From assembly GCA_002633005.1 (NCBI GenBank), contig NMRA01000102.1, positions 271,830 to 335,829 of the forward strand: DNA of 64,000 nt, read 5' to 3'. Made by a program: the position numbers and the translations under genes. The stretch is from Phoronis australis. Lineage: Eukaryota > Animalia > Phoronida. The notes under the pieces are model-generated. The model was not told where the DNA came from and ran no database searches. It saw only the letters and a list, made by a program, of their open reading frames with translations. Below are positions 51,221 through 64,000 of the stretch, piece after piece. Position 1 is the stretch's first letter, and each line of letters opens with the position of its first letter.

Positions 51221-54200
51221 TAAAGTCTGTGCTGGAATACTACATGACATTAAAGGCTTTACAGGTTGTTGTTTATGGTGTTTTTGGTTAGTCTGGGGCA
51301 TCATATTGCTAGACACCATGTATATTGCTAGACAACATGTTCTTGAGGTATTTGTATAGGTAGTATTATCATGGACAGGAATGCTTAACTTGGAATATAA
51401 ACCTTTCTTGGACAGAGGTTACTTTGGAAATTCAAAAACTAAATGTGAAGTTTGGATTTAAACTGACATATGTGCACTAGTGCATCATGTTTTGGGAAAT
51501 TGTTTTTATTCTCTAGTAGTGTTGCCATAAATTTTTGAAGTAATGTTGTCATAAATAAGAGCAGTTTGAAAAAAAATGGCCATATTGGCACTTGTGAGTA
51601 CTAAACACCTGTACATAGCATACCCTGTTTCCAATAGAGTTTTTAGTCACAAATGCAGAGGTTCATGGCGTAACTTTATTTGTTCTTTAAAACTAACTAG
51701 GGCACAGCGCCATTATAGGCAAACTAGGGCACAGCGCCATTATAGGCAAACTCATACATGCATACGTCAATGTGTAGATCAGACTTTTACTTCATGTGCA
51801 GGCCCATAGGAAGGTAAAATTACTCCTACCTGGAATTTCCGTAGATAAGCCCTGGCCATGGGCATGTATTTGGAAAATGGGGCGTGTAAACCGAAAGCCA
51901 CTATTTTACTTACAACTGCGTTTTTAAATTTTTTGTTAAATGCATAGTTCACCAATGCCTTGTTAGTTTTTATAAATGATAAATTCTCCATAAAACTGAA
52001 TTTGTGACAAAAAGTTGATGCTGAGTGGGCTTTTAGGAGGAAAATTTCCAAATAAATGTCCCACTGTATGGACACTTGACACCAGAAGTTGTAACACCAA
52101 ATAAACACCCATGAGCATGTATTTGGCATAATTTTCTGAAGATACACCCATGGGCGTTTCATCAGGTGGTCTTATCTATGGAAAACCCCTTTAGCAGTAT
52201 AGAGACATTCAACTTCGTCATTATCATAATTAAAATGGAATTGTGTCAGCAAATGCACATTCTGCACCATTTTAATGGGAAATCCATAAACAAGCCTTAC
52301 AATTAAAAACTCCACAAAAATGGTAAAGCATATAAATTTATTACAGGACAACCAAGTTAAAACTGAGTGAGAGCGCTGATTGTATTACCGAAATTGTAGC
52401 TTTGCTTTCCTGAATGGGAATTGGCTCCTTTATATACAAGTTCTATTTGCTATGCTCTGTTGTTGTTACCCCAGTAGAGTTGGCCTTGCTGGTTAGATTA
52501 GCAATGCAGTATACACTCTGGATCTATTAAACACTGCGAAATGCATTTACTAAAAGTTTTATTCATGACGAATCCAAATTTGTTTCACAGCATGTTACCA
52601 AACGCTGTTGAGGCCCAAGTTTTATCCCGAGAGACACCGAGATGGATAGATTTCAAGACTCGCACATTTACCGAAACGAAACTTTCTTCTGCTTGTGTTA
52701 GAATATGAAATTCCGTCGCGAAATCACGGAATTTGTTAGAAAACTTTCAAACTGAACTAAAATTTTCATGCCACGATATCACGTTCAGATTCAGACGGAA
52801 TTTAGGAAAACCTGGCTTGTAATCGAATTCAGCGCTTCCGAAAGGGTTAGACAGCCATCCGGGATAACTTTTTTACGAAGCGTCAATTTTCATTTGTCTT
52901 AAAAGCTTATGTGCGTTCTTTGTGGTAAAGAGGCATTATCATCGTGGATTAAGGACCAATTTGCCCTGAGGGATAGTGTACCCGGTAATGCATCCGATAG
53001 TTATAACAAGCAAATGCAATTTTGATTCAGTCTTGGGCGGATTTTCCTCCTCGACCGTAAGCAATAAGTTTATGCCCCATTTTAGACGATTGCGATAATC
53101 TAGAAAGCAAATCGTTGATCCAGCGGCTTTGTGTCAAACATTCGTTGCTGGCCAGAAAAAATGTTCCTCGTGTTTTTTGTCCAGTATTTCGCACAGATCA
53201 AATTTCTCTCAACAAATGTTGAAACATTTCTAAATTACAGGCTAGGCAAGCCAAACTGATACTTTTACTTTAACTATATATTTTGTAAGTTCATTAGAGT
53301 CAAGTGTCATGCATTTCTTACGATGTCGGTAACTTTTTTATTTATTTTTTTTAACAAGTGTCTATTCAAATTGGAGAAGAAACATATTTTGTTGAAAGTG
53401 AGATTCTTTTCTATTTTGGCGCTGCTTCTTCTCATCTTATGGTGCATTTCTAATTTGTTTATAAAAAGCTACAAAACAAGGAAATTAACCTTTTAGTTTG
53501 TACCAATAAAATAATTAAATTCAAAATTCAAGCCTGATTTTTTAAGAGTTTCTGAGTTTTTTTAACCCTTTTTACGACCACTTGGTACTTTTTCTGAAAA
53601 ATAGCAAATAAAAGTACTGGGAAGTATGTGACTTTTTGTCAGCAACAACACATCATTGCTTCATGCTATAGAAAAAATAACTATATAGCAGAAAGAAGAA
53701 AGAATAACATACAAGAAAAATTAGTTCGGGTGGATTTATTGATTTTTATGTCCTCCCATTTTAGCCTACAAAAATGTCATTTTCACTGCTTATTATTAAG
53801 GCCATTTTTACGCATTTTTATCGCTCTCCCAAATCTATATCGGATTTTCAGTTTTTCAGTTTTGCTCGTGCAAAAATAAAAATCTATTATAGGATTACAG
53901 AACTCAAAAAAGTCAATTTTAATGTACTGCTGAGTTAATAATACAACTCCCATCACCATTTCATACTTCGGAGAAGCAGGTTATATTCTTATTAAGGGTG
54001 TCCATTCCCCCTTGCTTGGTCACTGTTTTTGAACACCGTAATGGACGAAGAATCCCACACATTGCCTGCAGTGCATGCTGCTCCATTTTTAGACCTCCTG
54101 GATAGTCCCTGTATATGCGCTTGAAAAGACCTCAAAAACTATTAGCAAAGTTCATACTAAAACTAATCAAGATCTTCGAGATCACAAGTGAAAAGAGGAC

Positions 54201-55559
54201 GGTGGATACGAGCAGAAGTGTCGTGTTATTGACATACAAAGGGTCACGCAATGCTTCTTGTACTACACAAAAGCGGCCGAGCATGGTGGCAAAGCGCCAA
54301 TGGAATTTGCAATTTCAGAAAAACAACAGGTACGGACAGTTACGATTGAAAACATAATACTCTCAGTGATATCTAAGTTACCGGCTTTCCAAACCAGTAT
54401 TTATCAATTGGGTGTTGCTGCGACTTACCAGCTAAAAGTTTCACAATAGGTAAAGTCCGTTCATGCGGCGGACTCGAGACCAGTTTTTTGAAGGTAGGCT
54501 CGGTTTAGTGTATGATGCATTTCCACACAACACTTAAAACTCGCAAAATACGTCGAATCCATCCGAAAACGGGAACATTGTTTCTTTAATAGGAAGCTAT
54601 TTACCAAACCCAATAAAAATCCGTCAAGGAGCTTAGAAGTACGAGGAAAACAAAACAATGAAATTACCACAAGGGGCAGAGATTCATTGGAAAGTCATCG
54701 TCGTCCGTTGTTAACTTCACATAAATACACTTACTAAAATTAATCAAGATCCTGCAGTGGGCTTAAGAGATACAGCTATGGGCGCAAAAAACAAAACTGC
54801 CACTAGGAGGTGCCACAGTAGTCGATGTTCGTTGGAAGATCATCGTTAACCGTCCTCTTCACACTAAGAACATATATGCTAATTTTTAAAATTATGGTTT
54901 GGTTAGCAGAGGGGCGGACGCCAAAAACAGACTAGGAAACAATAAAAATGGCCCTTAGATGGCGTAAAATATGTCAAATCATCCAAAAACGCCGTTTCTG
55001 TAATAAAAAGGGAAGTGAACTGTATTGAGTCGTGGGGTATAATCGTGAGTGGAGCTTCTTTACATACTTAGAAAATATTTTGACGTAAATATTAAAGTAC
55101 AAATTACTGCAAGCAATCACCTCAGGGATGGTCGCCATCATTGCTCTGGCATAATCTACTAGCTTCAATGGCGACCAGAGCAGACTAGTGGAATGGCAAA
55201 TCTGGTGACGATTTCACCAGCTCTCACAAGTCATATGTACTAAACATGTGTATAAAGATGGGTCACCTTTTGTACAAGCATGGTACATACTTTTTCGTGG
55301 TCTTTCGGTATGAACATGGGTCACACCTTTGAACCATTTGAATAAATATGGATCACAATTTTCATACTTGCAAGGTATAACATGGTTGCAGCCCATCCTA
55401 ACCCGCTAACCGGATAGGCCTATCAGGTTTGTGCACCTGGGCAGTCAGTAAGTCGAACGTTGTCAGCGAGAGCTAATACAATATTCCGAACTGAAGTCAT
55501 GACCTGTTGACCCAGGCCAACAGTTGTGATAAATATGAAGTAACTTTTTATGAATTGCT

Positions 55560-56706
55560 ACTAATATCTCACTTGCACCAACAGGGACTAACAAATCAAA
55601 CTAGCGAAAAATCTTTTGCGACATGCGAAAATCAACGCACCGTTCAATCTTCCGCTTTGTTCTAGATGTGTGTTCTGGATAACAGCACGTCAATTGTTGT
55701 CTAAAGCCAAGTACAAACTCATGTCGATGTGTAAAACATATAACGACGCATTTCCATTGGTTTGCCAGTCCAGCCTCCTCTCTCCAGCTCTGGCAAGAAT
55801 GAACTGTAATTCCGATATACTTTCAAACTTCTGTGGCACTTTGCACGACCTCAGATGACTTCTGACGTCTTTAACACAGCTAATGAAGGCCATATTTCCT
55901 CTGCTATCCCACTATAGTAACGAAAATTAACCAAATGTACAAGGAAATTCCTCCCTATTCTTTGCAGTGACAGCAAGTGCACGTAATTTCGAACCCTAAA
56001 GTCCTATTGGTAAAGTTAAACAGAGTGTTTCAGAAAATTGGGGTCTCAAAAGTGAAACTTAAATTTTTGTAATATTGCATTGTTGATATTAGATCATATA
56101 TTTTAGGTGATATCTCTGAACTAAAAGAGTAGCCTCAATTCTCATGTCAGTCAGAGTAAGGCCACATCACAAAAATGCCCAAATTCGAGGGCCACGTTTA
56201 GCACTAAATATAGAAACAACTTTTTTTAAAAGCAATTATCAAAGATCAGTCTTGGAAGTATCTTCACAGAGAATTTCAACTTCAAATATATTCCGATGTA
56301 GCAGGCAGGTTAAGCAACATCTTGCCACTGGTGACTGGCCTGAAAAGTGGTCTCGGAGTTCCTCTGCTGGAAATTTAAATGTACCTATGAGTTTCAAATT
56401 TCATTTTCTTACTAACCTCACATGATTCTTTATGACCACCAGTGTCAAACTTTGTCACCAGTTTTCCAAGTTTGATCTTTTGCCGTTCCAAAAGAGCAGT
56501 TTTACTGAGATGAAAAAATGCAAAATATGCCTTTATAGCCAAATAGGTTATATCTCGGTAACCAAAGGTCACTGAGTGCAAATGTTGTAGCAGTGTACTT
56601 TTGGGCAAGCATCCCAACACATGCACAAAATATTAGCTCTGTATGAATTTTTGAGTATATGGTGACTTTTCATTTTCATATGGTTTTTATATGGAATCAT
56701 TCTTAA
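55560..56706 (-). mobile_element. Possible degraded Sola-like transposon end and coding fragment
   Basis: Minus-strand end TTAA|GAATGATTCC; frameshifted peptide SHLRSC...SELQFILARAG...ICFTHRHE...CCYPEH resembles N-termini of invertebrate transposase-like proteins as recalled. Confidence 0.3.
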
Positions 56707-57619
56707 ATAAGGCGCCACACTATAAATGCTCGCAGCCGCCGGAATAAGGAAAAAATTCTGCTGGCTTTATTCGAAAGAAGATCATACCGATTTTGTCTCC
56801 GTTGGCATGTATCGTTATTGTTGCCGTCAATGTGTTTTGCCAACAATCGGCAGCCATCATTTGCATCATTCCATGAAAATGTAAAAAAGTAGAAAACAAC
56901 ACGCTTCGTCACCTGGTAGACGCAGCCTGCCCGCAACGCAAATAGCGAACTCGTGGCTACTGATGACTGAAATGGGTCCAAGGCGAAATGATCCAAGTAT
57001 TAGTTTTGAGAAATATAAGGCAACGATCATTCCGAAGTCATGATGAGTCTCAAGAAGGACTCCCACTGGGACAATTCAGTGCGGTACTGTCTCGCATCAA
57101 CGAAATTTTGTGGTAAAATTCCTGTTACGCAATTCAAAACCAAAATGAAGCAGAGGTGCTTCCAACTGAAATTCCATTACTTTCATCACGCAAAGCTCAT
57201 TGTACTCATCAAGTTTTACTAGAAACGGTTCACTGTCGTAGTGAAAGCTTGAGGCTGCCAATCATGATTTTCTCGAATACTACAATCATTTAATTCTTAA
57301 CGCGCATTTTCTCGAATACTACAATCATTTCATTCTTAACGCGCATTTTCTCGAATACTACAATCATTTCATTCTTAACGCGGCATTTTTTCTCGTCGTA
57401 GCCAAAATTCATAGTGAGCCAAGAGTGATTTTCGAAGGAGCGTGCTCGTCAGAAAACCAGTTTAGTAAGTCGCCCATGGCGGAGAGAGGAAGTACTTGTT
57501 ATCCCTCAACGGCTCTCTGGTTCCCTGCGGGTCACTAGGTGGTCAGTAGCCAGGCACGCAGGGAACCACCGAGACTCGAGCGTTGCGCCGCCTTTTGGGA
57601 AATCCAACCCATAACTAAT

Positions 57620-57819
57620 ATGGCAACCTGCAGCAGCAGTCGAAGCAGTTTAGCTCCGACAGACTTTGACATTTCCACCTCATTTGAAGACACCCACGGT
57701 GTTATAAGCGTGGCTGTAGAAAGATGTCCACTCTGTAGACATTCCAGAAATTATTTGTTTTGTGAAAACTGCATTAAGAAGGGAGATTTCGCTCATTCGG
57801 AAGACCTTTCTCGTACTAG
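57620..57819 (+). CDS. ATG14: ATG14 exon 1 (Beclin 1-associated autophagy regulator)
   Basis: VAVERCPLC...CENCIKKGDF twin CxxC motif; AG|gtaggt. Confidence 0.93.
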
Positions 57820-58371
57820 GTAGGTTGCTCAAAATTACGTCAGACTACACTTCTGCAGCTGGCACTCGACTCGAGAATGTCTGTGGTCAGAGTAGATGTT
57901 GGATTTGAACTATAGACCATAGTAAATGGAACGGTCTACCAGCGCGTATTCTCAATACAGTCGGTTGTGTAATCTCGATGTCGAAAATGCAAAACTTGTA
58001 TTCTGCAACGCAGCAGTTCATTTTTGCCACTGCGAACCTTTGACAACTTACGCTAACCTACGACATTAGTTAGGGCCTACCGAGGAATTGGAATTGTCTC
58101 AGTTACAGATTTATTGAATAATACTGACACTGGTTGGATATATCATGGTGTCAAATTTTGATAACAAGTTCCACTAAATAATCAGATAAAAACCCTTTTA
58201 TTCAGTGATTGCATAATTTTGCTTATTCATGACAAAACCCTGAATGACAATAGTATTAGTAGACATAGTTTTGTCACTATATTTGTGATCACTGCTAATG
58301 AATCTAATTATTCACCAATAATTATTTCCTGATGTATTGTTTAATAGTATATTTAGTTCTTTCAGTCATAG

Positions 58372-58434
58372 GTTTGTTGACAAGAAGAGTTTATGGTTGT
58401 CTAAGAAGGAAATGCTTAAAGAACTACACTCCAG
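58372..58434 (+). CDS. ATG14: ATG14 exon 2 (alternative start 58366)
   Basis: RFVDKKSLW...LHS, AG|gtaagt; human reads RFIDKKERL as recalled. Confidence 0.85.
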
Positions 58435-58689
58435 GTAAGTTTGAGTCTACATTGTAATATCTTTTTAGAAAACAGATAATACCTGTTCCATGACCGGTGA
58501 AATGGCATTTTTGCCATGGATGCGTGAACGTATAAAGCTGTCAATTTACAAATACATCAACTGTGATTTGAGGCTCACCGTGAATGGGATTCTGTGTTTC
58601 TAGTGGATATTCAATAGAGTAAAGATTTCTGCATATTGTCGAAATGCTACCAGAATCTTGTGCCATAAAAATGTGATCTTAAGTCTCCT

Positions 58690-59236
58690 TGTTGTCAATG
58701 CACACATTCAGCTTGTAATGTTGTCAATGCACACATTCAGCTTGTAATGTTGTCAATGCACACATTCAGCTTGTAATGTTGTCAATGCACACATTCAGCT
58801 TGTAATGTTGTCAATGCACACATTCAGCTTGTAATGTTGTCAGTGCACACATTCAGCTTGTAATGTTGTCAGTGCACACATTCAGCTTGTAATGTTGTCA
58901 GTGCACACATTCAGCTTGTAATGTTGTCAGTGCACACATTCAGCTTGTAATGTTGTCAGTGCACACATTCAGCTTGTAATGTTGTCAGTGCACACATTCA
59001 GCTTGTAATGTTGTCAGTGCACACATTCAGCTTGTAATGTTGTCAGTGCACACATTCAGCTTGTAATGTTGTCAGTGCACACATTCAGCTTGTAATGTTG
59101 TCAGTGCACACATTCAGCTTGTAATGTTGTCAGTGCACACATTCAGCTTGTAATGTTGTCAGTGCACACATTCAGCTTGTAATGTTGTCAGTGCACACAT
59201 TCAGCTTGTAATGTTGTCAATGCACACATTCAGCTT
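58690..59236. repeat. 29-bp minisatellite, ~19 copies
   Basis: TGTTGTCARTGCACACATTCAGCTTGTAA. Confidence 0.95.
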
Positions 59237-59283
59237 TTCAAAAAATGGTCTTGTGTTAGGCAGCTGCAGTATGCAAATTTAGA

Positions 59284-59708
59284 CTCAAGGGGGAATCAAC
59301 AATTGGCCAGACTTCAAAACTTGCAGCTGGCTGGACTATAAAACTCAATGGCCAGTGTTCTTTGCTTGGTGGTTAGACCTCAAAATGGGTTGGCTGGTAT
59401 CTCAAAAGCAGATGGCTGCACCCCAAAAAAATGGTTGGCCAGACCTAAAACAAGTTGGCCGGTGCTCAAACACAATTAATTAATGACCGTACAAATCGCC
59501 AATTTTGAACAAAACAAACAAATGGGTATGAAAAATTAAAACTTGATGTCACTTGAATCCTTTGAGACATTCGAAGCGAGTCTCTGAGGAAGTCCGGTCA
59601 TTTTGTTTTATCACCGGCCAAGTGGTTATAGCAGCGGCCATCGTGTTTTGGGTTCTGCCAACTAGTAAGTGGTTTTGAAGTCAAACCAATTGTTGATTCC
59701 CCCTTGAG
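59284..59708. mobile_element. MITE with 23-bp perfect TIR
   Basis: CTCAAGGGGGAATCAACAATTGG...CCAATTGTTGATTCCCCCTTGAG. Confidence 0.7.
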
Positions 59709-59866
59709 ACTGGTAAGGCGTTTATACTACTTATCTTTCACAAAATAAGTGGAAAAGCGAAATTTCACTTGCGTGCCATATTGTGTACAAAGTTGATGAG
59801 GTCTTAGTGTGTTGCTGTGGTACATTGTGCAGTTTACATTGACTCGCCTGTTCTCTTTTGTTTTAG

Positions 59867-59909
59867 AAATGAAGACCTTGAAGCCAGGGTACATGCAGTG
59901 TCAGAAAAG
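59867..59909 (+). CDS. ATG14: ATG14 exon 3 (43 nt)
   Basis: ttttag|A...AAG|gtgaac; keeps frame between exons 2 and 4. Confidence 0.75.
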
Positions 59910-60245
59910 GTGAACATTTATATCAGATCATATTCTAAGTCTGTTTAGGTGGTTGAGCCAATTCTAAGCAGAGCTGTGCAGTATATCTACACTACTGTTG
60001 GATGTTTTCACAGATTACAACAGCACCACCTACAGTCACAATTTATGACCACTGGGATTTTCCTGGAAATTTTGTCCCCATCATGCTTTTTTCTGATATG
60101 TGTCTAGTTAAATCTAAATATTTTTGCCCTCTCACTTTGACGACCAAGAACTCGCCAAAAGTTAATAATCAGGAAAATAATTGTTAAATGATTTAATTGT
60201 AGCTTATAGATAAGTGTGATTTTGACATTTTATGTTTTGTTTCAG

Positions 60246-60327
60246 AAAAATGCCATGTTCTTTTGTAAACAACGGATTGAGTTGTTGAAAAGGACTATCA
60301 AGACCATCCAAATACAGTCTAAAATAG
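60246..60327 (+). CDS. ATG14: ATG14 exon 4
   Basis: ttcag|AAA; FCKQRIELLKRTI (human SCKMRIEQLKQTI as recalled); G|gtgaac. Confidence 0.88.
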
Positions 60328-60605
60328 GTGAACACTTGATTAAGACTATTTGCTGCGAGAAGCTCCACCCATAGTCACGTTAATAAAATAATATAGATAT
60401 GTATGCTTACAATGCAAATTGTCCATGTCGAGTAACTTGGGGTTTCCCTCATACATTGAGAGTATTTTGTCCAGGAATGGGCACATTGTCTGATTCAGTT
60501 ACACTAACATTTCTGATGGTTCTTTTTGCCTTTAAAAAATTTCAGTTGTTCTCACAAATTGTACTGCAGACTATCTGTATCTTTTTTTTTTTTTTTTTTT
60601 TTTTT

Positions 60606-60704
60606 NNNNNNNNNNNNNNNNNNNNNNNNNNNNNNNNNNNNNNNNNNNNNNNNNNNNNNNNNNNNNNNNNNNNNNNNNNNNNNNNNNNNNNNNNNNNNNN
60701 NNNN
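60606..60704. other. Assembly gap (N run)
   Basis: 99 N between a poly-T run and an A-rich tract. Confidence 0.99.
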
Positions 60705-61328
60705 AAAAACAAACAAACAAATAAGTACACCATTCATTCACGCATGCACACCTCAGGAAGACCATTCTCATATCTCGTTTAAAGTAAATATCTTCTACAT
60801 GAACTTAACATGAACAATAAATTTTTCCCATTTTGCAGAGAAGCTGTCATGTACAAAGTTGTTATGTGCATTTAATTTTTCAGCATTATAGTATTCATAA
60901 GTTTTTGTAACGAACTTGAGAAAATTAGGTATATTTTTGTGACATCTCTCTTTGTAAATGTACTGTTTAGCTAGTAGAAGTAAAATGTTAAATAGGAAAT
61001 CTTGCGTCTTGTAAAGTCCAAGAATAACAATATCGTAAGACAGAAAGTTGTATCTTGATGTCTATTTACACCCTTGTAAATAGGCTAGAGGTTGGTGTAA
61101 ATAGACCCTTGTAAGTAGACTAGAGGTTGGTGTAGACTAGACTAGAGGTTGGTGTAAATAGACCCTTGTGAATAGACTAGAGGTTTGTGTAGACTAGACT
61201 AAAATGATGTTGCTGTATCTTTATGCTTGTATTATTTACTGACTGAGTCATCTGTTTATTATTTGTGTGTGTTAGATTAAAAGACACAATATATGTAGTC
61301 CGTTATTTGTCAATTTCTTTACTTTCAG

Positions 61329-61563
61329 CCAAGTCCGATTTGCTCATTGTGAAGAAGAACAATTCTGTGCTGAAAACGAGGCGTAAAAAACTTGAAGATA
61401 AACAGTCACGTCTCTGTGACCACATCGTGTCAACGAAGCAATCACTGGCCGACTCGCAGGAAAGACTTGCATCTGCTGTTGACGATCTAGCTCAACTTAG
61501 AAGGTCCCATGTTGAAGATTTATTCCAGTTTATATTTACTGTTAAGGAAATACAACCAAAGTG
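61329..61563 (+). CDS. ATG14: ATG14 exon 5 (coiled coil); gene continues beyond the window
   Basis: tttcag|CC; ...LAQLRRSHVEDLFQFIFTVKE (human LANLRRSHILELTSVIFPIEE as recalled); TG|gtaggt. Confidence 0.9.
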
Positions 61564-61663
61564 GTAGGTTTAACTTCCTGTAGAATTGAACGATTCTGGC
61601 TGATTTGTGTAGCTTTGAAGTCAATGTTGTTGGCCAATGTTGGAAAATATTATAAGTAGAAAA

Positions 61664-64000
61664 CAGGGCTCGACATAATGAGCTGCAGGTCGCATTTGCG
61701 ACCTGAAATTTGGAAATGCGAGCTGAGATTTTTGTCGGCTCGTATCAAGTCGCAAAATGCGACTTGGAATTTCCAACGAATGCGAGTTGAGTTTTTACAC
61801 TTCTCGGCAGATACTTGGCAAATATAAAGCAACTATTGTTAATCCGATCATTACTTGGTTGTTGCCAAATCCAAGTTCAAAAGACCACTAACTGAGAACA
61901 GCCGTCCCGATGACTTGTGAGCAAGTTGCGTGACCATGGGATATGCAGAATCGATCTTTGACGCGTTTCATTGGCTAACATTTTCGGCCACTTTTCCAAA
62001 TTTCCGGATTTGCCGAAGAAAGTTTCGGGCCACATAACACGTGATAAAACCTCACAAAACAGTGGTGTTTCTATTAATTCTTAAGCGATCAACTTATCAA
62101 ACTTTGTGGTGGACAAATATATTTGTTTTTCGCTTAAGATGTCCTTATTACCTTTACCAAATATCCATGACAATATCCCTGATATCGCACTGCAGCACTG
62201 GTCGGTCCCGTTGTTAGCGTGCAAGCGGTCCCGGCAAGACAATCGTGACTTAATTAGATATGTGCGCCTCGTTTTTATCCCATAAGACAGCCAAAGTGAA
62301 AATGACAACCTACCCCAAACGACGATCACATCTTTACTTTAAGTTGCCAAGAAATTCTCAAACCCCATTACTTGTTTCTGGTGCTACGTGCGCGAAATAT
62401 GATTTGTCTTTCACACGTTGTTGCCAACGTAAAGTGTAGGCCTATTCCAGCGATTCAAGTGCGTGAACTCGCGCGTGCACACCGTTTCAAAGCTGCACAT
62501 CAAAAGAGAACAGCGGCAGTCCTAAATGAAAGAGTATACCGGCTTGGCTCTGTCAAGCACCGGGTGCCAATGGTTTATTTGAAAATGAATTTCCGGCAGT
62601 TATAAAAGACCTGATGCTTTACGATATTCCCCGGGACGGATGTAACCCAGAACTGATATTTTCCGGTTCCGATGTTTCTCGAGGTCGATGTTCTCTAAAC
62701 CCTATATTCTATGCCCGTAGCCAGCTATTGCAACTACACGAGTACTAGATGCGTAGTTGTGGTTAGCGAACTTTTTATTCTTCTCTTCATACCCCTCCCC
62801 GGCAACTTTTCGCTCTCCGTACCACTGCCGCCGTAAAAATGTTCAGACTCCAATAGAAACAATCATGTTCCAGCTGAAGCCGGCAATTAAAAACAAAATT
62901 ATTCTGGGTGGCTAAAAAGGGTACAGTGTAGGTGGTAACGATATGTAGAAAGTCACCCCTACTAGATGGAGTTTGCCTCGCAAAATCGTATTATTATAAC
63001 GTTTCTTACCATTGTAGTCTTTTAATATCTTATTACCGCAAACACTCGGGTTAACGACTATGCTAACGCACAAGCCTACTCCCTACCTTTGAAGTGTTTC
63101 ACAATAAGCGCTCACTGATCTACTAAGCGTTCCCCCTCAACTTTTGAGAATTTCCAATTAAGCGCCCACAGTTTAGGCTAGCGCCCATCATATCGCACTA
63201 CAAACGACCGCGCGTGGTTGAAAATGACTCGTGTGTCACTCTCATTTTACACAACAAATTCCGTTTTCAAAAAACGTCTTTTCTCAATATGTAAAAACCA
63301 AATCCCGGCTTTGTTTTATACCTCCGAAAGAAAGTTAACTCTAGTGACATGTGTGTCGTTTTGTGACTGACCTATTTTTTCCGTACCTGGAAGGTATTGA
63401 GCAAACTTGCCATTACCAGATGGAAACTCGCACGGAGGGAGTCGGGAATTATTTGGAGGCTATTCACTTCATGGAAAACTAATTGTTGAGTACGTAAACA
63501 GAATAAGTACCACATTTTTGTTGTGAAATTTGCACTGAATTGTTTATTCGGTTAAAGCATCGTTTCACGGATTTTTTTTCGACAGACGTTTTTCAAACAT
63601 GAGTTAAGTTGCAAAATTTGGACTGCGAACAAAAAGCGGAGGGAATTTGCCCTCGGAATTAGTTTGAATCTTCAACGACTTTGATGACAGCCAGTAGCAG
63701 GTCAGACCTAGCAAAATACCAGATACTTTTTCAACGGGCATTTTCTACCTTTTCAAATCGCAAACTTAGCTACTCGAATGCACGTGTCAGTTAGAGAACT
63801 CTAATTCAACTTTCACGTCGGGAACTTGACTTGCGGTCTAGAGACTTTCAATGGCGGTCGTGAAGAACAGTAACGCCGTACCTGCATGAACGAAGTCAGT
63901 TTTGGGATCTGAAATTTGTGAATGTTTAACGCGGCAGGAAAGAGCATAATCTAAACATTTTCTCGATGATCTAAAATCAATTTCGGCGCGTAAAAATGGC
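61664..64000 (+). mobile_element. ~2.5-kb non-coding CAGGG-TIR element, copy 3 (runs off window)
   Basis: Starts CAGGGCTCGACATAA; colinear with 47404-49919. Confidence 0.8.

Noticed and set aside
58690-59236. 29-bp repeats of CRISPR-like length
   Set aside because: Head-to-tail units with no spacers
60399-60813. ORFs spanning poly-T and N
   Set aside because: Artefacts of the assembly gap

Overview
Eukaryotic (animal, probably invertebrate) genomic window with spliced genes in repeat-rich introns. Manual exon reconstruction gives six genes. In order: the 3' part of a glutaminyl-peptide cyclotransferase (QPCT/QPCTL family, +), complete MRPS18A (+, 5 exons), complete RSPH9 (-, 5 exons), an intronless MRPL33 (+), complete NUDT22 (+, 3 coding exons) and the first five exons of ATG14 (+). 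The most striking arrangement is MRPL33 ending only 104 nt before the NUDT22 ATG, with no ATG or AATAAA between them: a candidate bicistronic (or nested) unit behind a promoter shared with RSPH9. Non-coding DNA holds nested Helentron-associated (HINE-like) elements whose ~150-bp subunits each carry a same-orientation CTCF-like motif. It also holds TTAA-flanked Kolobok-like elements, a solo LTR, MITEs, a pogo transposase remnant, minisatellites, perfect hairpins, and tandem duplications that copy splice donors or exon ends. Gene names come from recalled similarity to human/fly proteins; no database search was run. Most short ORFs in the supplied track look spurious.
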